NCBI GenBank assembly: GCA_951406725.2
Contig: OX597816.1
Coordinates: forward strand, 77,748,001 to 77,812,000
Direction of reading: 5' to 3'
DNA: 64,000 nt
DNA from: Octopus vulgaris
Taxonomy: Eukaryota
The notes beneath the pieces are model-generated. The model did not search any database and was not told the origin of the DNA. It saw only the letters and a list, made by a program, of their open reading frames with translations. Positions 30,628-43,170 of this stretch are shown here, in pieces. Position 1 is the stretch's first letter. Each line of letters opens with the position of its first letter. The position numbers and the translations under genes are program-made.

Positions 30628-31032
30628 TATATATATATATATATAAATAAATATATATATATATATATATATAATTATATAAAAGGGCTTAGTAAAATAA
30701 ATTACTTTGCCGCATACTGAACTCATTAGAAATAGCAGCTAAAAAAACTTTTTTAAAGCTATTTCTAATACTTAAAGAAAATCTCTCTCATATATAGCGC
30801 TTGCTTAATTCAACTCACAAAAGTTTGGGGGTAAGGACATTAAAAAATCAAATGCTAAGGTTATTTGAGAACGTGCAAAGTAATTTATTTTACTAAGCCC
30901 TTTTATATAATGTAATAATTTGAATTCGCCTTAAATGGTCCCTTTGCATACTGAACACTTGGTGAAATTGATTAATAATTAATTAATTTTACCCTCAATT
31001 GTTGAAATTATATATATATATATATAAATATA

Positions 31033-31165
<133 letters not shown>

Positions 31166-31393
31166 AATATATTTTTTCCTACTAGACCGCTGGTGGCAAA
31201 GGAATTCTACAAAATTTTTTTGCCACCCTATATTGATTAATTATGAATTTTCTGGTTAGTTCCGTAACGGAATCGGTGGTTTATTTGCTGCCGATAAATT
31301 TGGCGCGAGTGCGACGATTTGAAAATTTTAGGTCAGATATTGCCGAGGTAGCAAGAGGAATGCCTCGTGAAAAATATCTGTTCCGATTTGGCT

Positions 31394-31500
31394 ATTTCTT
31401 ACTGATGAGTCTAAGGGCCTATGGTGGATTGGCTTGATTTAATTTAATCAGGTTAGTTTACCATTAAACGGTAGATGAAACGGTGCATCGTCTAAGAAAT
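31394..31500 (+). ncRNA. Type I hammerhead ribozyme, array unit 1
   Basis: Stem I ATTTCTTA/TAAGAAAT; CTGATGA 31402-31408; stem II GTCTA/TAGAT with a long inner hairpin; GAAA 31477-31480; stem III ACGGT-GC-ATCGT; GTC cleavage triplet 31490-31492. Confidence 0.9.
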
Positions 31501-31878
31501 TACAGGGTAAAAGTTTTTCAATTTTCTCCTGGTTTACGGTATTAATGTTATTTTGCGGTTAAAGCTTTTGGCTGTTATTTCTAGTGGGTGAATGGCCTAT
31601 TATGGCCGTTCCTTGATTGTGATGTTGAACGTAAAAATGGTTTATGACTATTTAATTTTTTCCTACTAGGCCGCTGGTGGCAAAGGAATTCTACAAAATT
31701 TTTTTTGCCACCCTATATTGATTAATTATGAATTTTCTGGTTAGTTCCGTAACGGAATCGGTGGTTTATTTGCTGCCGATAAATTTGGCGCGAGTGCGAC
31801 GATTTGAAAATTTTAGGTCAGATATTGCCGAGGTAGCAAGAGGAATGCCTCGTGAAAAATATCTGTTTCGATTTGGCT

Positions 31879-31985
31879 ATTTCTTACTGATGAGTCTAAG
31901 GGCCTATGGTGGATTGGCTTGATTTAATTTAATCAGGTTAGTTTACCATTAAACGGTAGATGAAACGGTGCATCGTCTAAGAAAT
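31879..31985 (+). ncRNA. Type I hammerhead ribozyme, array unit 2
   Basis: Same sequence as unit 1; predicted cleavage after 31977. Confidence 0.9.
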
Positions 31986-32368
31986 TACAGGGTAAAAGTT
32001 TTTCAATTTTCTCCTGGTTTACGGTATTAATGTTATTTTGCGGTTAAAGCTTTTGGCTGTTATTTCTAGTGGGTGAATGGCCTATTATGGCCGTTCCTTG
32101 ATTGTGATGTTGAACGTAAAAATGGTTTATGACTATTTAATTTTTTCCTACTAGGCCGCTGGTGGCAAAGGAATTCTACAAAATTTTTTTGCCACCCTAT
32201 ATTGATTAATTATGAATTTTCTGGTTAGTTCCGTAACGGAATCGGTGGCTTATATTTATTTGCTGCCGATAAATTTGGCGCGAGTGCGACGATTTGAAAA
32301 TTTTAGGTCAGATATTGCCGAGGTAGCAAGAGGAATGCCTCGTGAAAAATATCTGTTCCGATTTGGCT

Positions 32369-32475
32369 ATTTCTTACTGATGAGTCTAAGGGCCTATGGT
32401 GGATTGGCTTGATTTAATTTAATCAGGTTAGTTTACCATTAAACGGTAGATGAAACGGTGCATCGTCTAAGAAAT
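32369..32475 (+). ncRNA. Type I hammerhead ribozyme, array unit 3
   Basis: Same sequence as unit 1; predicted cleavage after 32467. Confidence 0.9.
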
Positions 32476-32859
32476 TACAGGGTAAAAGTTTTTCAATTTT
32501 CTCCTGGTTTACGGTATTAATGTTATTTTGCGGTTAAAGCTTTTGGCTGTTATTTCTAGTGGGTGAATGGCCTATTATGGCCGTTCCTTGATTGTGATGT
32601 TGAACGTAAAAATGGTTTATGACTATTTTTTTTTTTTTTTTTTCCTACTAGGCCGCTGGTGGCAAAGGAATTCTACAAAATTTTTTTGCCACCCTATATT
32701 GATTAATTATGAATTTTCTGGTTAGTTCCGTAACGGAATCGGTGGTTTATTTGCTGCCGATAAATTTGGCGCGAGTGCGACGATTTGAAAATTTTAGGTC
32801 AGATATTGCCGAGGTAGCAAGAGGAATGCCTCGTGAAAAATATCTGTTCCGATTTGGCT

Positions 32860-32966
32860 ATTTCTTACTGATGAGTCTAAGGGCCTATGGTGGATTGGCT
32901 TGATTTAATTTAATCAGGTTAGTTTACCATTAAACGGTAGATGAAACGGTGCATCGTCTAAGAAAT
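32860..32966 (+). ncRNA. Type I hammerhead ribozyme, array unit 4
   Basis: Same sequence as unit 1; predicted cleavage after 32958. Confidence 0.9.
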
Positions 32967-33342
32967 TACAGGGTAAAAGTTTTTCAATTTTCTCCTGGTT
33001 TACGGTATTAATGTTATTTTGCGGTTAAAGCTTTTGGCTGTTATTTCTAGTGGGTGAATGGCCTATTATGGCCGTTCCTTGATTGTGATGTTGAACGTAA
33101 AAATGGTTTATGACTATTTATTTTTTCCTACTAGGCCGCTGGTGGCAAAGGAATTCTACAAAATTTTTTTGCCACCCTATATTGATTAATTATGAATTTT
33201 CTGGTTAGTTCCATAACGGAATCGGTGGTTTATTTGCTGCCGATAAATTTGGCGCGAGTGCGACGATTTGAAAATTTTAGGTCAGATATTGCCGAGGTAG
33301 CAAGAGGAATGCCTCGTGAAAAATATCTGTTCCGATTTGGCT

Positions 33343-33449
33343 ATTTCTTACTGATGAGTCTAAGGGCCTATGGTGGATTGGCTTGATTTAATTTAATCAG
33401 GTTAGTTTACCATTAAACGGTAGATGAAACGGTGCATCGTCTAAGAAAT
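33343..33449 (+). ncRNA. Type I hammerhead ribozyme, array unit 5
   Basis: Same sequence as unit 1; predicted cleavage after 33441. Confidence 0.9.
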
Positions 33450-33825
33450 TACAGGGTAAAAGTTTTTCAATTTTCTCCTGGTTTACGGTATTAATGTTAT
33501 TTTGCGGTTAAAGCTTTTGGCTGTTATTTCTAGTGGGTGAATGGCCTATTATGGCCGTTCCTTGATTGTGATGTTGAACGTAAAAATGGTTTATGACTAT
33601 TTTTTTTTTCCTACTAGGCCGCTGGTGGCAAAGGAATTCTACAAAATTTTTTTGCCACCCTATATTGATTAATTATGAATTTTCTGGTTAGTTCCGTAAC
33701 GGAATCGGTGGTTTATTTGCTGCCGATAAATTTGGCGCGAGTGCGACGATTTGAAAATTTTAGGTCAGATATTGCCGAGGTAGCAAGAGGAATGCCTCGT
33801 GAAAAATATCTGTTCCGATTTGGCT

Positions 33826-33932
33826 ATTTCTTACTGATGAGTCTAAGGGTCTATGGTGGATTGGCTTGATTTAATTTAATCAGGTTAGTTTACCATTAAA
33901 CGGTAGATGAAACGGTGCATCGTCTAAGAAAT
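33826..33932 (+). ncRNA. Type I hammerhead ribozyme, array unit 6
   Basis: As unit 1 except one C>T in the stem II internal loop; predicted cleavage after 33924. Confidence 0.9.
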
Positions 33933-34153
33933 TACAGGGTAAAAGTTTTTCAATTTTCTCCTGGTTTACGGTATTAATGTTATTTTGCGGTTAAAGCTTT
34001 TGGCTGTTATTTCTAGTGGGTGAATGGCCTATTATGGCCGTTCCTTGATTGTGATGTTGAACGTAAAAATGGTTTATGACTATTTTTTTCCTACTAGGCC
34101 GCTGGTGGCAAAGGAATTCTACAAAATTTTTTTGCCACCCTATATTGATTAAT

Positions 34154-34601
<448 letters not shown>

Positions 34602-34644
34602 ATAATACTTATCAAAATTTGATACTGATTAGAAGATCGAAAAT

Positions 34645-34687
34645 CCACCTGAAGATTGTCGGAGCAGACATGAAACATTTGTAGTGG
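34645..34687 (+). ncRNA. Minimal hammerhead ribozyme (PLE type), separate family
   Basis: CCAC-CTGAAGA-T-TGTC-GGAGCA-GACA-T-GAAAC-ATTT-GTA-GTGG: stem I CCAC/GTGG, stem II TGTC/GACA, 2-bp stem III. Confidence 0.6.
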
Positions 34688-34771
34688 CGGTTTATTTAAT
34701 TTATATTAAAATTTTATGTATTGATTAAGTCTTTCCTTGTTTGGTTTTAAAATAGTGGTTTTGTCTCGAAT

Positions 34772-34882
<111 letters not shown>

Positions 34883-36224
34883 TATATATATGTATTTTCG
34901 TCAACGAAATCCACTCACAAGACTTTGGTCGGCTCTTGGCTTGAGTAGAAGAGACTTACTTGCCCAAGGTGCCACACAGTGGAACAGCGTTTAAAGCTTT
35001 CCCCTTATCTTTTCATAATTGTCTTCTCCCGATATCCATTGATTGTCACAGCTATCCTATCTATTTTATTATTTTGCTTCTAGGGTCTCCCGGGGTCTAT
35101 TAGGTGAGATTCTTGTTTTATCTTAACTACTACCATTCACCAAAAGGATTTGTGTAGTTCAACTCAATTTCAACGATCCTTCGAAGTATCCAAAGAATAA
35201 CGTTGTTTTCCGTCATTTGAGAACATCCCACCTCTTTTAGACGACGGGAATTCATAACATATGTGATTCACCGGTGTAAAAGGACTTTGAGACATCGACC
35301 TTATTGCCTTTCTCAGTCAGAGTTATCTCAGATCGACGAATTTGCTTAGACTACATACAGGCTTTTGTTTTCAGGAATCAGTAAATCTCAAATGGACTTG
35401 TGATAGATACATTATCTCGCACCTAGAACTTTACATGCCTTTGCTGCCCTGAAGTAAGAGGTAGCTCCCAAATACCAGATCAATAAGAGAGATAAATATG
35501 CCTCTAAAAACCCATACCATGACAAAATTGTCGGTTGCGACATACTAGTGAACGATGTTACGCACATCATCATCATCTGTCCACAAACGCCAGTATACTA
35601 TGATTTTTAGCATTATAAATTGTTTTAGCATCATGCTATTTCTGCAAAAATCATTTATATTAAATAACATTTATAGGAAGGATTGTTCTGACAGCCATAC
35701 AACCAGAATGTATTTATGCCTCATACACTTCTCATGCAATGAAAAATAATGCTATTCACTGAGACAAATAAATCTTTACAAGGAAACGTTCATATGTTGC
35801 TATTAGAGATCTCAATAATCTATCACTGGCGTAGATACATTTTACAAAGAATATTGAAATATAAATCACTAAAGCTGCCTTGGTAGGCTCTTACGAAGAA
35901 GGAAAATGAAGACAAGAAATTTTCGGTGTTTAAATAAACCTAAATCCAGAGGATCTCTTCACTATGCACGTGACTCACTAGACTTAAAATTATATAAATG
36001 GTCCTCTGCATAAGGACGATCCTTCCTGGATTTGACATCTGCTCAAAGAGCAATACAAAAATATCATTTCTCGGCAAAGAAAGAGTAAAATATTGAACTC
36101 TTAAATATACTCTACTCACAAATTACTTCGCTGATCGATTAACACATATAATTATATCAGAATAGCAGAATCAATGAACATTCTTGATGTAAATTAGGCT
36201 TCAGGACCTAACAAAAGTACTTAC

Positions 36225-36389
36225 CTGAATCGAGATTTCTGGATGGTTTCAGATACAGACCGTTCATATCGACAAATGCATAGATGATATGGGTGCACAG
36301 ATATGGATCGATATTTTCTGGTTCGAATCGGCCGATACCAAGCCTGTCATTGGCAGAACTGCTGTAGTAGCAGACAACTTTGCGATTAC
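36225..36389 (-). CDS. GH18 chitinase, coding exon 2
   Basis: Acceptor TTGCAG, donor G|GTAAGT, 165 nt, phase 1-1. Translates NRKVVCYYSSSANDRLGIGRFEPENIDPYLCTHIIYAFVDMNGLYLKPSRNLDS, with the typical GH18 N-terminal VCYY and IDPxLCTHIIYAF motifs. Not present in the ORF track. Confidence 0.95.
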
Positions 36390-38479
36390 CTGCAATAAAT
36401 AAACAAACAGATAAATAAATAAATAAATAAATAAATAAATCATAGTTTATTACAAAGGGCGAAGGCTTGAAATTTGTGGGTGGATGTTTGTTAGTCGATT
36501 AAATCTCCCCCACTACTTGACTAGAATTAATTCCGGCGGGATGAAAGACAGATTTGATTTCGACGGAATTTGAAGTCAGAATGTAAAAAGCTGTAATTAA
36601 ATATACCATAAAGAACTTTGTCTGAATATTTTACGGTCGTACCAATCAACTGTCCCCAAAGAAAGGTAAATAAATGAATAAATAAATAAATAGTAAAAAC
36701 ATAATTATTTACAAAACCTCAAAATGCTGTTCAGTCCATTATATTATTCAACTGGTAATTATTTTATCAACTTGGGAGGTTAAAAAGGTTAAATCGTTTT
36801 CTGCCGGATTTGAACTCAAATCATAAATATCTTCTTCGTCATTCCTCCGGTTCTACCACTTCATTAATGCTCAATTGTTAACCCTCGAAATAAAGAGAAG
36901 CAAAGTTGACCACGGTGAGTTTGAACTCAGAACATAAAGGGACCTAACGAAAGTGATTCTCCCCGACACTGTATTGATTCAGCAATACCACCTCTTGTAA
37001 TTACAGCTAGGAGGAAATACGCCTTTTATGGACGTTCTTATTTTTATTTCATTACTTAAATTTATAAATCTTCATCACATTGTTTCATTATATTAACGAT
37101 TTTGAAGGCGACGTGATGGCAGAATCATTCCAATTGTTTGCGTTCTTAGTTCGAATCCTGCCAAGGCCAACTTTACTTTTCATCTTTTTGGGGATCAATA
37201 AAATAAAGTACTATTCAAATACTTAGATCAATGGTATCGAGTCATTTCTCCTTTCAAAACTGAGGGCTCTGTGCCATAATTAAAAAGCACTGTCAAAGAT
37301 ATCCATCATGTCATTGATTTAGTTAAGTTTGTTTAGTGTAACACTCGAACATATGCGGTGACAAGCAGAATATGTATATAATGATATACCAGAATAATCA
37401 TTTCTTACATAGGCACAAGGTCAGAAATCTGGGGAAAGAGTAACTCGATACCACTGACAACAGCACTTGACTGGTACTTTATCTCATCGACCACGAAATA
37501 ATGTAAGTCGAAATTGGCTTCGACGAAATTTGAAATTATAATGTAGAGTTGGAAGAAACTCTGACATTTCTGTCAATCGACCGCACTTGGTCGACGACAA
37601 CAACAACAACAACAACGGTGTTAGGGATAACAATAATAATAATCTTTTTTACTGTAGGCTATGAAATTTTGAGTGCTTGACTGGAACTTATTTTGTTAAC
37701 ACCAACAAAATGAAATGCAAAGTCAACCCTGGCAGAACTTGAATTCAGAATGTAAAGACGGACGAAATGCTGCTATGCATTTCGTCCGGTATGCTAATTC
37801 TGGACAAAAAATGCTTAGCTGCATATAGTTTTTCTTTACGTTCTGAGTTTAAGTTCCGCCGAGGTTCCTTTTTTAAGTTTGGTACTTATTCTATCGATTG
37901 TTTTTGACGGGAACAGTAATAACTGAGTAACAAAATATCTAATTCTTCAGTTGTCATAACATCGGCCAATAGTTGGTTGGTAATCCTGACACTCGTAACA
38001 TTTCCTTCATTTTCTAATCTTCTGACAAAACTCGAGAAAAAATGTTTCTTTTTCTCAATTCAAATAGGGAGTTTCTTCGCGTTCACTCGAACTATTAGAA
38101 ACAACAGCTAAATCTCTTTTAAATCACATCACTTCATCTTATATCAAGAAAGGCACATTTTATAATGTAGAAATGTAGGCCAAAATATACCAAAATTACA
38201 AGATGGGCATGGCCAAAACACCTTTGATAAGTAATGTCATCTATCAGAGCTAACATGGGTCCAAACAACAACAACAATTAGTATTTTTACACGATGAAAT
38301 CTAACTTCATTTAAACAAAGTCTAATAGGTAGGAATTAGCGAGAACAATCACCAAAAATGTCGTAGAAAGTGTATCCAAAGAACTAATCTTCATTTGGGA
38401 CAAGGAGCAAAAATTTCAAAGCAAAAAACCTACTACAGATTAACGAATGTTTTCTCATTAATCTAATATCAGCACATAC

Positions 38480-38564
38480 CTTCGATGTTCTGGAATAGGA
38501 ATGCCCACACCAAACACAACTGCAGACACAAGGCACATATTCGAGCAGACGACATTTTCACCAT
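38480..38564 (-). CDS. GH18 chitinase, first coding exon (signal peptide)
   Basis: Manual translation MVKMSSARICALCLQLCLVWAFLFQNIE-G, with an in-frame TGA upstream and an alternative ATG at 38555. Hydrophobic signal-peptide-like segment. Donor G|GTATGT at 38479, phase 1, joins the next exon as GGT (Gly). Confidence 0.8.
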
Positions 38565-38861
38565 CACAGCAACAACCCGGGATACAGGAGCAACGTTTCT
38601 TACCAAGTATCAGAGTATTTTTGACTCTGATCCATACGACATCGGGTACAGATATACCCGTTCAGTTCCGGGTATTGGAGGGAGGAACAGAGGGAAGTAA
38701 TGTAAATAGGGGAAAATCGTATAGTTGCGTTAAATGGCCAATCAACGTGTCGTATATGGGGCAGGGTTGAGTGTATGCACATGTACGTTTAATAGCTTGC
38801 CAGTGTGCATGTGTGCGCACACATTTGCGTGTGTATTTGTGTGTGTGTATGTGTACATGCA

Positions 38862-38912
<51 letters not shown>

Positions 38913-38964
38913 GTAGGTCTGTATGTTGGTATGCATGTGTCTATGTATGTTTGTGTACACATAC

Positions 38965-39007
<43 letters not shown>

Positions 39008-39571
39008 TGTGTGTGTGTGTGTGTGCGTAATTTCAGTTGTCCAATGAGAATGCCCTGTAATGTTATATATATTTATATAATTCTGTCTTTAATTTGATTT
39101 TTTTTTATACTCTTACCTCTCCCGACCAGTCGAAATCTCAAAGTCAACACCACATCACTGCCAAATCAACCACTACCACTTCCAAGAACAACACTGCTTC
39201 ACTATCACCTCGCCCATCGGTATCACTGTCACACAACCCTTCCAAAAGTAAACTATTAACAAAACAACAGTAGCAATTACAGACAAATCTTTATAAAACG
39301 ATGAATTTGGCTAAAAGGATTTTTTTAAACGTCTATGACAAGACTGAGAATATTTTATAAAGGAAATTACGATCTTTAACTCTCTCTCTCTCTCTCTCAG
39401 CTTCCCTCTTTCTCTCTTTCGACAGCATACACAGACACACGCATACAGACACACATAATCACTCACACACAGATACAGACACACAAACACACGCACATAC
39501 AAACACAATGTCTACATTGCACAAATGCATGTATATTTACAAGTATTTATGTTTATCAATCTATGCTTATA

Positions 39572-39654
<83 letters not shown>

Positions 39655-39677
39655 ATATATTTATATATATATATATT

Positions 39678-39773
<96 letters not shown>

Positions 39774-39969
39774 AAATGTATTTAAAAACTTTCATTCGAT
39801 TTGAGGTCATGCTGTGATGCCACCTTTGATAATTTCGTCAGTGTATCGACCTCAGTTATTAATTCAGACAGGCACTAATTTTAACGAGCGCCATTTACCG
39901 AATGGCTTAGAAACTTTGAGCATAAAGGAGCACATCCCCGGTTTATACACACGCTCACAGGTGCGCAAG

Positions 39970-40015
<46 letters not shown>

Positions 40016-40879
40016 CAACACAAAGTGTGCGGAGCAAAAATGTAGCGCTTATTATAAAAGTACACTAAACAACTTCTTGGACATTAGGGTTTCATATCAT
40101 AATACCATTCAATAGCGAAATAAAAGTACAACAAATGATATACAAAATAGATTAACTATAATAAAAGCTTTGAAATTTATTGAAGCGGCGTTTTGCTTGG
40201 ATTATTCCACTTAATGGATATTTTTATCAAGTCAATTATTTTACGAAAAATCTCTAAGAGTTCATAACTTTTGTTAAACGTTAGATTTTTTACGCACCGA
40301 ATATGTATATGCAACAAGGATCATGTATACAAAAAACTGATTAACTAGACATAGAAGATATAGTTAGTATTTTTATGGAATGTTTGAATTATTTTGTAAA
40401 ATAATTGATTGGGCGAAGTATTTAAATTCCAGTTATATCTTATATCTTTTACTTGTTTCAGTCAATAGACTGCGCCATGCTGAGACACAGCTTTGAAGAA
40501 TTCTAGTTGAACGAATTGGCTTCAATACTTACTTTTTCAAAGCCAGGTACCGGTCTTTTTTGCTGAACCGCTAAGCTTGTTGTCAAGCGATGGTAGGGGA
40601 CCAACACAGACACAAAGACACACGCACAGAGATGCAGACACACATGCACTGTAGTTGAAAACACTTGCCCAAAGTACCACGCAGTGGGACTGAAACTGGA
40701 ACAATATGGTTAGGAAGTAAACTTCATACCATATATCTGCGCCTGAACTTACCTGAATAAATATTAAAAACTTAATTGATAATATAACGAAGCACAAATC
40801 CAGCTTATCCTTTGATTAGGAATTCTTTAACTGCATTAAAAGACAAAGGCTTGAAAGACAGAATATATTACATACCAAA

Positions 40880-41500
40880 TAACACTAATACTCATAGCAT
40901 AAACATTAGAAACAATGTCATATGGTATAATCTTCCTTATAGTTTAAATATTCGTTTCATTCGTGCTAAGATTTTCTTAAACTTTATAAATAATCATTTC
41001 CCCGTAGACCATAGATAGCGTAATATCTTCAATGGAAATACCACTAAAGGAAATTGCTGAAATTTCGCTCCCTTCGAAGAGAAGAAAACTTTCCAGTAAG
41101 ATCACGTAAAACCTTTCTCTTGTGTTAGTGTATCTAATGTCTGACTTTCCAATCATATACGTCTCTGTAAGGCATTGGTCTACTGCACTAGGTCCCTTTT
41201 AAAAAATAGAATTTTAACAAAAGCTGTGTAGGAAAAACTAAAAATCCTTTTCAAAAATTCTCAAAATATCTCTATACATTCATATCTTAAGAAAGACCTC
41301 TAACAAGCTCACTATCAAAACATCTTGAGTTTAAAAAATGACAATATTAACAATAATAAAATCATTTGGTCCATATAATGTGTTATCCTCTAATAATATA
41401 TCCAGAAAGTGTAGTCTTTGCTTCTCGGTGAAGTATAATATCCTTTTGCAATTTTTAACAAAAAATTGGAATTGATGAATATTTGCGGTCATTTCTATCA
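40880..41500 (+). mobile_element. Degraded Penelope-like RT C-terminal fragment
   Basis: NVIWYNLPYSLNI..KIFLNFINNHFPVDHR*RNIFN resembles the PLE IIWFNPPFS..FLxLIDKHFP segment; boundaries approximate. Confidence 0.55.
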
Positions 41501-42255
41501 TTATTCATAGAAAGAATTTCCAATTCCCAAATAGCTAAAATTGTCTCCTACATAATGGACTTTCCGTACTTAGGGAAAAGCAGACAATTATTTATCAACA
41601 CTAAAATTCAAAAAGCAATAGATACTATTTTTGTTTTATGAATTACATGTACATCATATTGAAGACATGAAATTATCGCATTGTTTTGTAGGTGAATAGA
41701 TGAATACACGATACGTATTCTGCTTATAATAAACAAGCAAATGAAAGTAAGCCGAATTTTCTGTTTTTCAGTACAAAAATATCGATGTGTTATGAATATT
41801 TTTATTTCTTAAATATATATTGACTCTCAACTTTTGAATAATAATACCGTGAAAGTCAGTGCTGCGATTCAAAAACTGCTGGTTGCGACTTCTAATGAAA
41901 TATAAACCCTATATGTTATGCATTGAGTACATTTTCTTCGTTTGCTAGCACAAAAATTCATCAATCCATATATGTGTGTGTGTGTATCAGTATATGTGTG
42001 TGTGTGTGTATATATGTGTGTATGCATGTTGCATGTATGTGCTCCACATCTCACACATTAAAATGCAAACATATAGACCATGAAGAGACCAATATTAATC
42101 TATACCTGATATGACACAAATACACCGATTTGTATTAACCAATGACCTATGTTAAAGGTATGTTACTAACAAGAGAAGTTTATGATTATATTTATCTCTT
42201 TTTCTCAGTCACTTTCCCCCAACCCTCATATTATATATATATATATATATATATA

Positions 42256-42823
42256 CTAGCAGAGATACCCGGCGTTGCCCGTGTTACATACAATTGAAGA
42301 ATTAGACTTTACTGTCATATTTTCTCTAATGAACTGGAATATCTATGTTCCGAATTTCATCAAAATTGCAGATGAGGGTTATTTCCCTCTTTACACCCCC
42401 CAAAATATTGTAATCGTGCCACATATATCCCATACTACTGATTTTTATGCGCATATTCCAAAATTCCAGTCTTATTGAACCTTTTAAAAAAATTTTTCCC
42501 CTGAAAAATGAAGGTCATAGAGCTCTAAAATGTGAGAGTTAAGGCCCCTGTTGAAGGTGGGCATTTTAATGTCAACCAGAGAAGTTGAATTGTTGAGAAT
42601 CTTTTTTACTTGGGTCTTATAACCGAACCGAACCGAACCCTTTGTGAGGGTAAAAACAACGCCATAGCGCTCACTGTGGTGTCGTAGCCGCGGACAGTGA
42701 GCCCGATGGCGCCCAGAGCGAGCCCATGACACTCCATGGACCCTAAGTAAGGCATGTGTAAAATTTGAATGAAAGTGGTTGTGTAGTTCTCATGTTTTAG
42801 GGAAACAGACAGACACATTATCA

Positions 42824-42824
<1 letters not shown>
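42256..42824 (-). mobile_element. Non-autonomous Helitron-like element
   Basis: One end reads A-CTAG-CAGAGATACCCGGCGTTGCCCG (CTAG terminus plus GC-rich subterminal palindrome); the other end has ACAGACAGACAC; inserted in (TA)n. Confidence 0.55.
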
Positions 42825-42895
<71 letters not shown>

Positions 42896-42959
42896 AAGAG
42901 ACAAAAAGAGAGTGAGAGGAATCGAAAGAGAGAGAAAGAACGGAAGAAAGAAAGAAAGC

Positions 42960-43170
42960 ACGGGTTGCCGTTTTGACACTGTCGTCGAGATCAAAACCGA
43001 ATCGCAGAAGGTGCTCGACTTGCTTATGGAAAACGACTTCCAGACCGGATTCCAAAAGTGGTAGGAACACTGAAACCGGTGTATTGTTGCGTAAGGTGAC
43101 TATTTCGAAGGTAAATAAGTTATTATTTTATTAAGCATAACTAGTCCATGAACATTTTGATACTACCTCG
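42960..43170 (+). mobile_element. Mariner 3' fragment with TIR
   Basis: ENDFQTGFQKW*EH*NRCIVA*GDYFE, then a TIR ending ACCTCG-TA. A similar 3' fragment (LTKNDFKIGFPKWHECWNRCIAA) lies on the minus strand at ~13550-13625. Confidence 0.7.

Noticed and set aside
35000-36050. Possible degraded LINE RT on the minus strand
   Set aside because: Only vague motif remnants; I could not recover a convincing frame by eye.
38485-38770. + strand ORFs of 71 and 89 aa
   Set aside because: They overlap the minus-strand signal-peptide exon and its upstream sequence; no independent support.
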